From Candidatus Bathyarchaeia archaeon (GTDB lineage: Archaea > Thermoproteota > Bathyarchaeia > Bathyarchaeales > Bathycorpusculaceae): 64,000 nucleotides of DNA. Location of the stretch: assembly GCA_049521795.1 (NCBI GenBank), contig JBEKOM010000007.1, positions 26,233 through 90,232 on the forward strand, read 5' to 3'. The notes under the pieces were generated by a model that searched no databases, was not told the origin of the DNA, and saw nothing but the letters and a program-made list of their open reading frames with translations. A program made the translations under genes and the position numbers. Of the stretch, positions 9,055-20,689 are shown one piece after another. Every line of letters starts with the position of its first letter. Position 1 is the first letter of the stretch.

Positions 9055-10734
9055 ATGTTCAACAAGAAGAAACTGAATGACATTCAAAAACAGATGGAAA
9101 ACTGGGAGAAGAAAACCGTCGTGAAGAGTTTCGACAGGCTTCCAGAAAGAGGCGAGTTGTCAACAGACTCAGGAATCCCTGTCAATAGACTCTACACTCC
9201 AATTGACGTGGCAGAATTCGATTACATGAAACAGCAAGGTTTTCCAGGACAGTATCCGCTTACGCGTGGTGTCTACCCAACGATGTACCGAGCCCGCTTT
9301 TGGACCATGCGGCAGTATGCGGGTTTTGGTACGGCTGAACATACAAACAAGCGTTTCAGGTACTTGCTGGAACACGGACAAACTGGGTTGAGCGTTGCTT
9401 TCGACTTTCCCACGCAGGTTGGATACGACTGTGACCATCCCATGGCGCTCGGCGAGGTCGGAAAGGTCGGAGTCAGCGTGAGCACGCTGAGAGACATGGA
9501 GGTCCTCTTTAACCGAATCCCGCTTGACAAGGTAACAACGTCGATGACGATCAACGCCCCTGCAAATGTACTGCTTGCAATGTATGCCGCCGTAGGGGTC
9601 GAACAGGGTGTTAAACAATCGCTGCTTGGCGGTACAGTTCAGAACGATGTTCTGAAGGAATACGTGGCCCGAGGCATGTACATATTTCCGCCGAAACCTT
9701 CGATGCGAATGATTACGGACATCTTCGTTTACTGTAGCCAGAACATGCCGCAGTGGAACACCATAAGCGTGAGCGGCTATCACATACGCGAAGCCGGCTC
9801 CACTGCTGTTCAGGAAGTTGCTTTCACGTTGGCAAACGCCATTGCCTATGTACAGGCAGCCATTGACCGAGGCTTGGACGTGGACAAGTTTGCTGGAAGG
9901 TTGTCCTTCTTCTTCGCGGCCCACAGCAACTTCTTCGAAGAAGTTGCCAAGTTCAGGGCAGCACGCCGGCTGTGGGCGAAGATCATGCGAGAACGATTCA
10001 AAGCCAAGAATCTCAACTCGTGGATGCTTCGTTTCCACACTCAGACATCTGGAGTTTCACTCACGGCTCAGCAACCGTACAACAACGTTGTGCGCGTGGC
10101 GTTGCAGGCTTTGTCAGCAGTTCTGGGAGGAACTCAGTCTCTGCACACCAACTCGTTCGATGAAGCTTATGCTTTGCCCAGTGAGCATGCTGTGACGGTT
10201 GCCTTGAGGACCCAGCAGATAATCGCCTATGAGAGCGGAGTCGTAGATACTGTTGACCCCTTGGCTGGTTCGTATTACATTGAGTACATGACGAATGAAA
10301 TCGAAGAGAGGGCACGAAAGTACATTGACAGAATTGACAGTATGGGCGGCGCGGTCGCTGCGATTGAGAAGGGTTTCATGCAGCGTGAGATCACCGAGAG
10401 CGCTTATCGCTTCCAGAAGGAAGTCGAGGCCAAGAAGAGAATTGTTGTCGGCGTGAATGACTTCATCGGCGAAGAACAGGTTCCGATCAAGACCTTGCAG
10501 GTGGATCCGATTGTAGAAAAGACTCTTGTCGAACGGTTAAAGGAGATAAAAAACAAGAGAAACCAGTCGAAGGTTAGCGGGGCCCTAGACAGGTTGCGCG
10601 TTGCGGCTGAACGCGAAAACGAGAGTCTGATGCCCTTCATGCTTGAGGCCGTCAAGGAATATGCAACTTTAGGCGAAATATGCGACGCGCTACGCGAAGT
10701 TTTCGGTGAGTATAAACCGCCTTCCATCTTTTAG
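9055..10734 (+). CDS. methylmalonyl-CoA mutase, large (substrate-binding) subunit
   Basis: [36 protein letters not shown] and QSLHTNS; no B12-binding domain (split archaeal type). Confidence 0.96.
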   Translation: MFNKKKLNDIQKQMENWEKKTVVKSFDRLPERGELSTDSGIPVNRLYTPIDVAEFDYMKQQGFPGQYPLTRGVYPTMYRARFWTMRQYAGFGTAEHTNKRFRYLLEHGQTGLSVAFDFPTQVGYDCDHPMALGEVGKVGVSVSTLRDMEVLFNRIPLDKVTTSMTINAPANVLLAMYAAVGVEQGVKQSLLGGTVQNDVLKEYVARGMYIFPPKPSMRMITDIFVYCSQNMPQWNTISVSGYHIREAGSTAVQEVAFTLANAIAYVQAAIDRGLDVDKFAGRLSFFFAAHSNFFEEVAKFRAARRLWAKIMRERFKAKNLNSWMLRFHTQTSGVSLTAQQPYNNVVRVALQALSAVLGGTQSLHTNSFDEAYALPSEHAVTVALRTQQIIAYESGVVDTVDPLAGSYYIEYMTNEIEERARKYIDRIDSMGGAVAAIEKGFMQREITESAYRFQKEVEAKKRIVVGVNDFIGEEQVPIKTLQVDPIVEKTLVERLKEIKNKRNQSKVSGALDRLRVAAERENESLMPFMLEAVKEYATLGEICDALREVFGEYKPPSIF

Positions 10735-11285
10735 CCGACCAAGAGAAGCGGCTCTCCCTCGCTCACTGAGGAGCCATCAGAAACGTAGATTTCTTTCACC
10801 GCGCCGGCCTTGGACGCGGTTATTTCGTTTTCCATTTTCATGGCTTCGATGACACAGAGCACTTGGCCCGCCTTGACTTCGTCGCCCTTCTTCACGTTAA
10901 CCTTAACTATCTTGCCCGTCATCGGCGCGGTTATGCCGCCTTCAACAGCCTGTCTGTTTGCAGCTGCTCTCTTTGTCGGCGTTGCCACAACCGGCTCAAA
11001 CGCAGTTAGAGAAGCTTTTCTCGCAGGCACTTTGACCTCGGCTTTGAACGTTGCTTCCTCAACTCTCACCGAGAACTCTTTCCCGCGATCTATTCTGGGC
11101 AATTCGACGTGGTAGTTCTTGTTATCTACTTTCAGAGTGAACGGTTTTTCGAAGTCCGGTGCGCTGGTCACGAATTCGACGCTGCGAGTCTTGCCGTCCA
11201 CTCTGATACTGAAAGAGCTTTGGCCAGTTCTTGTCACCTCGACCTTTTTGGGCTTGTCGTCAATGAAAACTTCGAGCTCTGGCAT
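10731..11285 (-). CDS. biotin carboxyl carrier protein
   Basis: EAMKMEN biotinylation motif. Confidence 0.95.
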   Translation of the reverse strand: MPELEVFIDDKPKKVEVTRTGQSSFSIRVDGKTRSVEFVTSAPDFEKPFTLKVDNKNYHVELPRIDRGKEFSVRVEEATFKAEVKVPARKASLTAFEPVVATPTKRAAANRQAVEGGITAPMTGKIVKVNVKKGDEVKAGQVLCVIEAMKMENEITASKAGAVKEIYVSDGSSVSEGEPLLLVG

Positions 11286-11287
11286 CC

Positions 11288-12832
11288 TTATACACCGTGC
11301 TCTGCTTGGTTTTGGCGAGCAGCTAACACCCAGTATGAGTGCGTGTTTTTGGCTCTCTGCACCGTGAGTGCTTTTGTTCCTGACGAGCTTTGCAGATGGT
11401 TTGCAGCCGCCACTGAAAGAGCAGCTACTTCCTCGAGTTCTGCTAGCCTTTCTGGTTGTATTCCAGGCTTGGCTTCTTCTCGTCTTGTTTTTCTTTTCTT
11501 GAAGAATTCTAGAGCGGTTTGTGGGAACAGCACGTAGGTTAGCTTGTCTTCTTCAGATTCAATGAAGGGCATAACGTCTTCCGGGATCTTGCCAAGGGCT
11601 GGCTCAAGTAGGTCGGCAGGACGGCATGTGATGGTTTTTTCATCGCGGATAATTCTCTTCTTTATCTTCTCGTCGATAGGCACTGGAGGCTTGCCGTACA
11701 AGCCTTTCACATAATCTTTTATCTCTTTAGGGACGATGCTGTATCTCTTGCCCGAGATAACGTTCAAGACGGCTTGTATCCCAACGAGTTGACTGGTCGG
11801 CGTGACGAGAGGCGGATAACCCAGCTCCTTTCTGACTTTCGGCACTTCTGCGAGCACCTCATTCAACCTGTCTGATGCTTTCTGTTCTCGCAGCTGTTCA
11901 AGCAGGTTTGAGAACATTCCACCCGGAATTTGGTGCACGATTATCGATGCGTCAACTCTTTCAGCCTTTGGGTCTATCAGTTTCAACGGGTCGTAGTACT
12001 TCTCGCGCAGTTCACGGAAGTACTGTGCTATATCGTTAAGCAGCTGGCTGTCCAGGCCCGTGTCGTAAGGCGTCCCTTTCAGGGCAGCGACGACTGATTC
12101 CACAGGCGGTTGTGATGTGCCCCACGCCAACGGGGAGAACGCCGTGTCCAAGATGTCCACGCCTGCTTGGCAAGCGTGAAAGTAGGTCATCATGACCATG
12201 CCGCTTGTGCTGTGACTGTGCAGGTGTATCGGTAGGCCCACTTCTTTTTTCAGGGCAGAAATGAGTTCGAAGGCCTGTTGGGGAGCGAGCATTCCGGCCA
12301 TGTCCTTGATGCATATCGAATCGCAGTCTAATTCGAGAAGTTTCTTGGCAACCTCTACAAAGTATTCAACCGTGTGGAACGGGCTGATAGTGTAGCTGAT
12401 GGTGCCCTGAGCGTGTCCGCCCACTTTTTTGACCGTCTTGATGGCGACTTCCATGTTTCTTACGTCGTTTAACGCATCGAACACACGGAAAATGTCTATG
12501 CCGTTCTCAGCTGCTTTCTCCACGAATTTTATGACAACATCATCGGGATAGTTCCGGTAGCCAACAATGTTTTGTCCCCGAAGAAGCATTTGAAGCGGTG
12601 TCCTCTTGACGTGACGTTTCAGCTGACGGATACGCTCCCACGGGTCCTCAGAAAGGTACCGGATGCTGACGTCGAAAGTGGCTCCGCCCCACGCTTCAAG
12701 CGAGAAAAAGCCAACCTGGTCCATTTTCTCAGCTATAGGCAGCATCGTGTCCGTTCGCATTCTCGTTGCGATCAGGCTTTGATGCGCATCCCGGAAGGTC
12801 GTATCAGTGATTTTCACTGGTTTCGGAACCAA
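11288..12832 (-). CDS. pyruvate/oxaloacetate carboxyltransferase (OadA/PycB/transcarboxylase 5S-like)
   Basis: RDAHQSL, WGGATFD, IKDMAG, HLHSH, PGGM and PPLVTPTSQ. Confidence 0.93.
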   Translation of the reverse strand: MVPKPVKITDTTFRDAHQSLIATRMRTDTMLPIAEKMDQVGFFSLEAWGGATFDVSIRYLSEDPWERIRQLKRHVKRTPLQMLLRGQNIVGYRNYPDDVVIKFVEKAAENGIDIFRVFDALNDVRNMEVAIKTVKKVGGHAQGTISYTISPFHTVEYFVEVAKKLLELDCDSICIKDMAGMLAPQQAFELISALKKEVGLPIHLHSHSTSGMVMMTYFHACQAGVDILDTAFSPLAWGTSQPPVESVVAALKGTPYDTGLDSQLLNDIAQYFRELREKYYDPLKLIDPKAERVDASIIVHQIPGGMFSNLLEQLREQKASDRLNEVLAEVPKVRKELGYPPLVTPTSQLVGIQAVLNVISGKRYSIVPKEIKDYVKGLYGKPPVPIDEKIKKRIIRDEKTITCRPADLLEPALGKIPEDVMPFIESEEDKLTYVLFPQTALEFFKKRKTRREEAKPGIQPERLAELEEVAALSVAAANHLQSSSGTKALTVQRAKNTHSYWVLAARQNQAEHGV

Positions 12833-12896
12833 CGCTGGCTACCTCTGCAGTCTGCTAGGACTAGGAATGTGAAAAGTGAGTTGAAGGTGTATTAAT

Positions 12897-14465
12897 CTAT
12901 AATGGTAAGTTTGAATGCTTTCGTGATGGTCTGGCTTCGCGTTTGGTAGCCAGACTTTCGAGGGCACTGATGAGTTTGGGTCGGGTTTCTGCCGGTTCGA
13001 TCACTTCGTCTATGTAGCCTTTTTGTGCAGCTATGTATGGGCTTGCGAATTTTTGGCGGTATTCGCTAACGAGTTCCCTGTGCTTCTGCTTCGGGTCCTT
13101 TGCTTCGGCTATTTCTTTTCTGAAGATGATGTTTATGGCACCTTGTGGTCCCATGACGGCTATTTCTGCTGTTGGCCAAGCGTAGTTTATGTCTGCGCCG
13201 CTGTGTTTAGAACCCATAACGTCGTAGGCTCCGCCGTAGTCTTTTCTCAGGATGACCGTGACTTTTGGCACGGTTGCTTCGCAGTAGGCGTAGAGCAATT
13301 TTGAGCCGTGTTTAATTATTCCGCCGTGTTCTTGTTCTATTCCCGGCAGGAATCCGGGCACGTCTACGAAGGTTACTATAGGGATGTTGAAGGCATCGCA
13401 GAACCGTACAAATCTTCCCGCTTTCATTGAACTGTTTATGTCCAGTGCGCCTGAGTAGTGAGCAGGCTGGTTAGCGACGATTCCCACTGTTCTGCCGTTT
13501 AAACGCGCAAAGCCTATCACTATGTTCTGCGCCCAGAGGGATTGAATCTCGAAGAACTCGTCGCTGTCCACGACACGGTGGATGACTTCTTTAACGTCGT
13601 ATGGCTTGTCCGAGTCGTCAGGTAGGATTCTGGCCAAGGTTTCATCCGTGCGGTTCGGGTCGTCGCCTGTTTCAATAATAGGCGGGTCTTCCAAGTAGTT
13701 GCTGGGCAAGTAGCTCAAGAGTTTCTTGACGATCTGTACGCAATGCTGCTCGTCTCTTGCGATGAAGTGTGTCACTCCGCTGGTCTGGCTGTGAACCATC
13801 GCTCCGCCCAATTCTTCGAATGTCACTTCCTGTCCCAGAACGGTTTTAACAACGTCCGGACCCGTGATGAACATGTGACTTGTCTTGTCAACCATTATTA
13901 TGAAGTCCGTAAGCGCCGGGGAATACACGGCTCCTCCTGCACATGGCCCCATCACAGCGGAAATCTGCGGTATCACGCCTGAGCTTGTGACGTTTCGGAA
14001 GAAGATGTCTCCATATCCGGCGAGGCTTGCTACGCCTTCCTGTATGCGAGCGCCGCCGCTGTCGTTCAAGCCTATGACGGGTGCGCCTGTTTTTATGGCT
14101 AAATCCATCAGCTTGCAGACCTTCTTTGCGAACATCTCGCCTAATGAGCCTCCGAAGACCGTGAAGTCCTGAGAAAAAACGTAGACCAATCGACCATCAA
14201 TCGTGCCGTAGCCGGTTACAACACCGTCTCCGAGGAACTTCTTTTCTCCCAAGCCGAATTCTGTGCTTTGGTGAACGACAAACCTGTCGATTTCATTGAA
14301 GCTTCCAGGGTCTAACAGTAGGTCAATGCGTTCTCTGGCCGCCAATTTGCCCTTAGCATGCTGTTCTTCGATCCGTTTTTGTCCACCGCCAAGCTCGGCC
14401 TGCTTCTCGAGTTCTTTCAGGTGCTTGATCTTCTCTTCGACTGTAGGTTCCTTCGTCGGGCTCAT
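12897..14465 (-). CDS. methylmalonyl-/propionyl-CoA carboxyltransferase (12S/beta subunit)
   Basis: [24 protein letters not shown] and DVPGF. Confidence 0.95.
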   Translation of the reverse strand: MSPTKEPTVEEKIKHLKELEKQAELGGGQKRIEEQHAKGKLAARERIDLLLDPGSFNEIDRFVVHQSTEFGLGEKKFLGDGVVTGYGTIDGRLVYVFSQDFTVFGGSLGEMFAKKVCKLMDLAIKTGAPVIGLNDSGGARIQEGVASLAGYGDIFFRNVTSSGVIPQISAVMGPCAGGAVYSPALTDFIIMVDKTSHMFITGPDVVKTVLGQEVTFEELGGAMVHSQTSGVTHFIARDEQHCVQIVKKLLSYLPSNYLEDPPIIETGDDPNRTDETLARILPDDSDKPYDVKEVIHRVVDSDEFFEIQSLWAQNIVIGFARLNGRTVGIVANQPAHYSGALDINSSMKAGRFVRFCDAFNIPIVTFVDVPGFLPGIEQEHGGIIKHGSKLLYAYCEATVPKVTVILRKDYGGAYDVMGSKHSGADINYAWPTAEIAVMGPQGAINIIFRKEIAEAKDPKQKHRELVSEYRQKFASPYIAAQKGYIDEVIEPAETRPKLISALESLATKREARPSRKHSNLPL

Positions 14466-14550
14466 TCAATCCCCCCCGTATTCTTGACTATAGTGTTGTG
14501 CATGTATTTAGAACGAACGGGAGTTTCATAGAACATCCACGTGGAAAGAA

Positions 14551-14955
14551 CTACGGTTTCTCAACAAGCTCAAGAAGAACGCCGCGAGTGCTTTTCGGAT
14601 GGACGAAAGCGATCTTTGCTCCTTCTGCACCAGACCTCGGCTTCTCATCAATCAGTGTTAACCCCTTCTTCTTGAAATCTTCAAGCACAGCCTCGATGTT
14701 TTTGACCCTCAAAGCTAAATGTTGTATGCCCTCGCCTCGTGTTTCAAGGAACTTTGCAACCGGGCTGTCGCTGCCAAGAGGCTCCAACAGTTCTACGCGA
14801 CTTTCCTTTCCAGCTGAAAAGAAGGCAACTCTTACCTTCCGCTCTTCCAACTTGTGGACTCCTTCAAGCCGAAGACCTAGAATGTCACGGTAGACACAGA
14901 TTGCTTCATCCAGGTCTTTCACGGCGATCCCGATGTGGTCGATAGCTTCGATCAA
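14551..14955 (-). CDS. mce: methylmalonyl-CoA epimerase
   Basis: IDHIGIAV, ELLEP, GEGIQH and FVHPKSTRGVLLEL; gene context agrees. Confidence 0.93.
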   Translation of the reverse strand: MIEAIDHIGIAVKDLDEAICVYRDILGLRLEGVHKLEERKVRVAFFSAGKESRVELLEPLGSDSPVAKFLETRGEGIQHLALRVKNIEAVLEDFKKKGLTLIDEKPRSGAEGAKIAFVHPKSTRGVLLELVEKP

Positions 14956-15053
14956 CGTGTATTCCTCTTCAATGACACCTTAGGCAAGTCAGCCACGTTA
15001 TAAAAAAGTTTCCAGTCTATCTTTCAAGTGCTCTCACGGAACTGTTTCGAAGA

Positions 15054-18000
15054 TCATCTTTCTCCTTTGATCCAGCCCTTGATCCCCAACTCTTTGACTG
15101 TTATGCTAATCGGTTCCGGCTGGTGCGATTTGTATGTGCCGTTTTCGTCCAGATACAGTACAGTAGGTTTCAAAAAGAATTCTCCCTGAGCCTTTGACTT
15201 AATAGTGAGCCTCACCTCTTCCGTCTTCAACGGGTCAAGCCTCTTTCCCTTCATGTTGAGATAACTGTCTTCTACGCGGTAGATTTCAGGTTTTTCTGCA
15301 AGCTCAAAACCTGTGGGAATGACCTCCGTGATCTTAATGAGCTGGGCAGAGCTTTTTCCCGCGTTGACAAGCTCTATCTCAAGATCCAGGTTTTCCCCGA
15401 CTTTCAGTTGCTTCTGGCGTATAACGAGGTTTGCCTGTACATTCGCGTTTTCAAATTTCTCCAGGCCTACCGCGTTTTCTTGGTTTGGTGTGGGCGTTGT
15501 GAAGGCGGAGGTTGTTGAAACAATCGACGGCGCGTGCAGTACCTCGCTGAGAGACAGGGCTAGTTCTCGTTCCTCCTTCACCCTCTCCAGTAGCCTTAGC
15601 ACCTGTTCCCTTTTTTCCGGATGCTCCGCCTTCATAAACGAGCCTGCTGAGGTCTGCAGCACCTTTTCGGCCATCATGTAAAGTCTTGCTTTTTTCTCAG
15701 GATCGCTTTCTCCCTTAGCATTGTCCATGTGCATGTAGGCATCAAGGAGCAGTTCGGTTGCCTTGGCATACTCTGATGCGTTCTGGAAGCCAGCTCTTAC
15801 GTAGTGTTTGGCGGCGCTTTCCAGTTGCTGAATGGCGATCTTGTACAATTCCGCGTTTCCTGTGTCAGCGAATCTTGTTCCGGCTTCAAGCGCTCTGCAG
15901 AAGCGACTATGTCCCAAAGCTAACATTTTCGCCTTCTCGTTAGGACTGAACTCTTTGGCTTCCTCAAAGAGCTGGGACGCTTCTAGGTACAGGTCAGGGG
16001 ATCCCTCAGCTTCTGCGCCAGTCATTTTTGCCCAAGCCTGAGAAAGAATCGTGATGAGTCTGAATTCCTTCTTTTCTTGTTCTGACTCTGTCGCCTTGGT
16101 TATTTTCTGAAGAGTCTCCGCCGCTGAACAGTATTTTTCTGAGCTGGCGTGGTGATCGCCTTCCTATCAAGGATTTTTGCCTCTTCGATGGCGATTCTCG
16201 CCAAGCAGTATTCGCGCCTTGAGTCCGTTGCATTGACCATTTGGGTGGCCATCTGCTTCTCGTCTGGGTCTTCAATCTTGGCAAGTCCATCCTGGATAGA
16301 CTTCTTAGTTTCTTCAAAAAGTCTGGCTGCCTGTTCAAAGGCTTGGAGGGCTTCTTCGCTCTGGTCTTTTCTGCTAAACTCCTCCGCGTGCTCAACTTGG
16401 GCCCAGGCGAAGTAGTTTGGAGCTAGGTAACTCCATTGTTTCAACGATTTGTGCATGTTGGCGGCGTTCTGAAAGTGCTCCTCTGCTAAGCCACACTCTT
16501 GTCTTTCGTGATGATGTCTTGCCTTCTCGATTTGACTCCAAGCCTGCATGTAACACGCATGATCCTGATAAAAGCCCTTGAGCTGAGGAATGTTTTCTGC
16601 GGCGGTCACGTAGTTGTCTGAGGCTGAGCCGAAGTATTGAGCCGCATTTGAATGTTCGCCCAGCGCATCATAAGCTTGGGCGATCTTCCAGTGGCATTCA
16701 GCCATGCGGCTTCTAAGATTGAGCTTTCGAAATGATTCAGTCGCTTCTCTAAAGACTTCTATGGCCTTTTTCAAACACTCTCGGTTTTGAGTAAGGGCAT
16801 ATAGGCGGTTCAACACATTTCCATATTCAGATTGCGAATACCCAAGAACAGCAAATAGCGATGTTAAACCTGGACGTTTGCCTTCAAAGAATGTCAATTC
16901 TTTAGCAAGAAGTTTCAAGGAATTCTCTCTGGATAACGCGACTTCCTGGAGCAGGTTCTTCCTGGTCTCGGGGTCATCTGATATCTCGGCAAGATCAGAT
17001 TTTATCTTAGCCAAACTTTCCTGCGTTATACCACGGTTCCAGTAGAGAAGGGGCGTAAGCTGCTCAGTCATCGCAACAGATTCTTTCTTGTGTTGCAGAG
17101 CCTGTTCGAGAAGCTTCTTTTTCTCGTCGCAGTTGGTTTCTGTTTTGGCTAAAACAGAAATAATCGCGCCGACCATGCTATGTGCATACATAATTGCTTC
17201 TGGATACCCAGAATTCTCAGCCTTCTTCAGCATTTCCGGTGCGGCTTTCATGGCTTTTTCAATCAGATCACGCTTTTTCTTCACGTCTACTTCCATACCA
17301 GCCAGCCACATGCTGGAATCAGCAGGAGACGCTTCGATCCAAGCAAGGTCTGCGCGTGGACTTATGAACGCGATTTGAGAGAACTGTTCTCTGGCGTCTT
17401 GAATATACTCTATGACTGCTTTTGCGAGCTGAGCTATCTCGTCCTTGTCTTCAAGGCCGTTTGTCTTCCAAACAGTGTGATAGGTGAGCCAGTCCAATGC
17501 ACATCCGATGAAGAATCTGTCTTTGGTTTTCTTAGCAGACTCCAATCCTTTCTTGCAGTTCGACAGGGCTTCGTCCGAACCTTCCAAGCCGAATATGGGT
17601 TGACCTCCAAACACTGGGAATAACGATTCAAGGGTGGCTGTCTCTTCGGAAAGCTCTTTAGCCTTGGCCCAGTAGTCCAGACCTTTTTGATAGGACTGTT
17701 CTCGCTCATGTCCGTCTTGGCAGTAGTAGCCGAACACTCCTAGACAGACAACCGTTTTTGCACAGGCTTTTGCGAGTTCGGGTACGTCCTCGGAATCGGA
17801 AAGGAACTTTACTGCCTTCTCTCCACACTCCACCGTTTCCTTCATGATCCTTACGCGCGCTTGAAAATCCGACTCAAGTGTGAATTCAAAAATGGGGCCA
17901 CTTGACAGCTGATTGTACGTCTTTCCATAATCCCAAGAGGCTTCAGCAGCTTCAAAAGCTTCTAGAGCAGCTTTTGTCATCCTCCAACAATCATCGAGTA

Positions 18001-18367
18001 GTTTTTTCTTCTCAGAAGCTTCTGTTGCAAGCCAGTCGCCCATGAGGGCCACCATGGCTTCGCATCGAAGCATCCTTGGCGCTTTTTCTACATTATTTGA
18101 ACTGTCATAGAATTCCTTGGCCCTGTTATGGTTCGCGATTGCCTCGCGGATTCTTTCCTTAAACTCATTGACGCTCTCAGCCTGCATGGCAGCTTTATAG
18201 GAAGCGTGACCCATTCGCTCGTAAGTGTCGCCGATGCTGAAGGTGTCTTGTTTAGAAAACAAGCCCGACGCTTTCTTGTAAGATTCAGCTGCTCCCAGCC
18301 AGTCGTACTCTTTTTCCTGTTCCTTTGCTTGAACCAGAACTGCCTCAGCGCTTGACGCGTCTAACAT
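15054..18367 (-). pseudogene. large alpha-helical (TPR-like) repeat protein with C-terminal Ig-like domain, interrupted by one frameshift near 16161
   Basis: The 755 aa ORF reads ...ILDRK, then continues in another frame as GDHHASSEKYCSAAETLQKITKATESEQEKKEFRLITILSQAWAKMTGAEAEG into the 323 aa ORF. Confidence 0.75.
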
Positions 18368-18501
18368 GCCAGTGGACCACTACAAGAGTATTAACTGGTC
18401 TCTGAAATAACTTTTCATGAAACGTCAGCCAACCTAAACGAGGACAGTCATCAGGCCTAAAGCGCTGATTGGCTTCTTGTTCATGGCTTTTGGTTCTTTG
18501 T

Positions 18502-18514
18502 AAACTTTATATGC
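18502..18514 (+). promoter_or_regulatory. probable BRE/TATA box for nrdJ
   Basis: AAACTTTATATGC about 30 bp upstream of the ATG at 18545. Confidence 0.5.
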
Positions 18515-18544
18515 AAAGCAGGGGCAAATTTGAGTTGATGGGAC

Positions 18545-20635
18545 ATGACTATCAAGAAGATCGTTAAGCGAGACGGCAGAGTAGTTGATTTTGATTCCAA
18601 CAGGATTAGAGACGCTATTTACAAGGCTTTCATTGCCGTTGAGTTGGGGGACGGTAAGAAAGCTGAGAGCATATCGCGCGATGTAGTTAGGCTTCTGGAG
18701 GAAAGATTCGACGGAAGAACTCCTTCCGTTGAGGATGCGCAGGACCTCGTGATAGAGGTTCTGAAGAAAGAAGGTTTTGAAAGAGTTGCGCACGAATATG
18801 AAGTGTACAGGCAGAAGAAGCTCGAAATAAGGAAAATGACAGAGAAGCTGGGCATTGAAGCGCCCAAGCTGACTGTCAACGCTATGGAAGTTTTGAGGCA
18901 GAGGTACCTTCTGAGAGACGAGACTGAAAGACTCACTGAAACTCCTGCTCAGTTGTTCAAGAGAGTTGCAGGAGCGGTGGCGAAACCTGACGGAAAATAT
19001 GGCGGAAGCACCGTTCAAAGTGAACAATCATTTTTTGAGATGATGGCGAAGCTCGAGTTTCTTCCGAACACGCCGACGCTGTTCAACGCTGGAACAGAGC
19101 TTGGTCAACTGTCTGCGTGCTTCGTCCTTCCCGTTGAAGACTCGCTGGAGGGCATTTTCAACGCTGCAAAAGACATGGCGATCATCGAGAAGAGCGGCGG
19201 TGGAGTCGGCTTCGATTTCTCGAGGCTCAGACCTAAGGGAGACCTGGTCATGTCAACCAAGGGCGTAGCATCGGGCCCTGTTAGTTTCATGCGGATTTTT
19301 GACACTGGCACAGAGGTGATAAAGGCCGGTGGAAAGCGAAGAGGGGCGATGATGGCGATCCTGAGGGTTGACCATCCGGACATCCTTGAATTCATAACGT
19401 CAAAGCAGCAGCCTGGTTTCTTGTCCAACTTCAACATCTCAGTCGCCGCTACGGACGCCTTCATGAAGGCCGTGGAGGAAAACGGGGAATACTGGTTAGT
19501 TAACCCGAGAAGCAGAGAAAGAACGAGGAAACTCAACGCCAGAGACGTTTGGACTCAGATGGCAAGGTCCGCTTGGGCCAGCGGAGACCCAGGCGTGGTC
19601 TTCATAGACGAGATCAACAGATACAACCCCACGCCCCAAGTTGGCATGATGGAGTCAACCAACCCCTGCGGGGAGCAGCCGCTGCTTCCTTACGAGTCCT
19701 GCAACTTGGGCTCAATCAACCTTTCACACATTGTTGAGGATGGAAAAATAAACTTTGAGAAACTGAGGGAAACCGTGCGAAACGGGGTTCATTTCCTCGA
19801 CAACGTGGTGGACGGGAACAGGTATCCTTTGAAAGAGACTGAGAAGATAACGAGGGCAAACAGGAAGATAGGCTTAGGCGTGATGGGTTTTGCAGACATG
19901 CTGATAAAACTCGGAGTTCCCTACGATTCTGAAGAGGCCCTGAGCGTCGGCGAGAAGACAATGAAGTTCATCCAAGAGGAGGGACATAAGAAGTCCAATG
20001 AGCTGGGTGAGGAAAGAGGGTCATTTCCGAACTTTGAGGGAAGCATCTGGAAGGACAAGTACTCGGCCATGAGGAACGCAACGGTAACGACCGTGGCGCC
20101 GACGGGCACCATAAGCATAATCGCCGGCTGCAGCTCAGGCATCGAGCCGATTTTCGCGATCTCCTTCATACGCAACGTGCTGAGCGGGACCAGGCTCTTC
20201 GAAACGAACCCGCTGTTTGAGATGATGTCTAAGGAAAGAGGCTTCTACAGCGCCAAGCTTCTGGAAGAAATAGCGAAAACGGGCTCTGTTCAGAAGATCG
20301 AAGGAGTCCCGGAAGACATCAAGAGGCTTTTCGTAACAGCCCTGGACATCAAACCGGAATGGCACGTGAGAATGCAGGCCGCGTTTCAAAGGTACACGGA
20401 TAACGCCGTGTCAAAGACCGTTAATCTGCCGACGGATGCAACGGTTGAAGATGTCAGGAAAATATATGATTTGGCCTGGAAGCTGAAGTGCAAGGGAGTA
20501 ACCGTGTTCAGGTACGGAAGCAAACCCGAGCAGGTGCTGTACATCGGCGAAATAAAAACCGAGAAGGGAAAATTCGTCGCCCTAGAACCGGAGTACGCCG
20601 GAGGCTGCCCAACCAAAAACTGCCCATTCCCCTAA
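18545..20635 (+). CDS. nrdJ: adenosylcobalamin-dependent (class II) ribonucleotide reductase with ATP cone
   Basis: IVKRDG ATP cone, PNTPTL, SACFV, NPCGEQ, APTGTIS and SKTVN. Confidence 0.95.
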   Translation: MTIKKIVKRDGRVVDFDSNRIRDAIYKAFIAVELGDGKKAESISRDVVRLLEERFDGRTPSVEDAQDLVIEVLKKEGFERVAHEYEVYRQKKLEIRKMTEKLGIEAPKLTVNAMEVLRQRYLLRDETERLTETPAQLFKRVAGAVAKPDGKYGGSTVQSEQSFFEMMAKLEFLPNTPTLFNAGTELGQLSACFVLPVEDSLEGIFNAAKDMAIIEKSGGGVGFDFSRLRPKGDLVMSTKGVASGPVSFMRIFDTGTEVIKAGGKRRGAMMAILRVDHPDILEFITSKQQPGFLSNFNISVAATDAFMKAVEENGEYWLVNPRSRERTRKLNARDVWTQMARSAWASGDPGVVFIDEINRYNPTPQVGMMESTNPCGEQPLLPYESCNLGSINLSHIVEDGKINFEKLRETVRNGVHFLDNVVDGNRYPLKETEKITRANRKIGLGVMGFADMLIKLGVPYDSEEALSVGEKTMKFIQEEGHKKSNELGEERGSFPNFEGSIWKDKYSAMRNATVTTVAPTGTISIIAGCSSGIEPIFAISFIRNVLSGTRLFETNPLFEMMSKERGFYSAKLLEEIAKTGSVQKIEGVPEDIKRLFVTALDIKPEWHVRMQAAFQRYTDNAVSKTVNLPTDATVEDVRKIYDLAWKLKCKGVTVFRYGSKPEQVLYIGEIKTEKGKFVALEPEYAGGCPTKNCPFP

Positions 20636-20689
20636 GCGCGACAACGGTCAGCGTTCAGGCCGCGCGTCAGGTTTCACCGACAAAATTAA

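Noticed and set aside
9169-10038. long antisense ORFs (also 24718-25443, 18434-19027, 925-1479, 47956-48477)
   Set aside because: Shadows of well-supported genes on the opposite strand.
16006-16395. separate 129 aa gene
   Set aside because: Alternative frame within the frameshifted helical-repeat gene.
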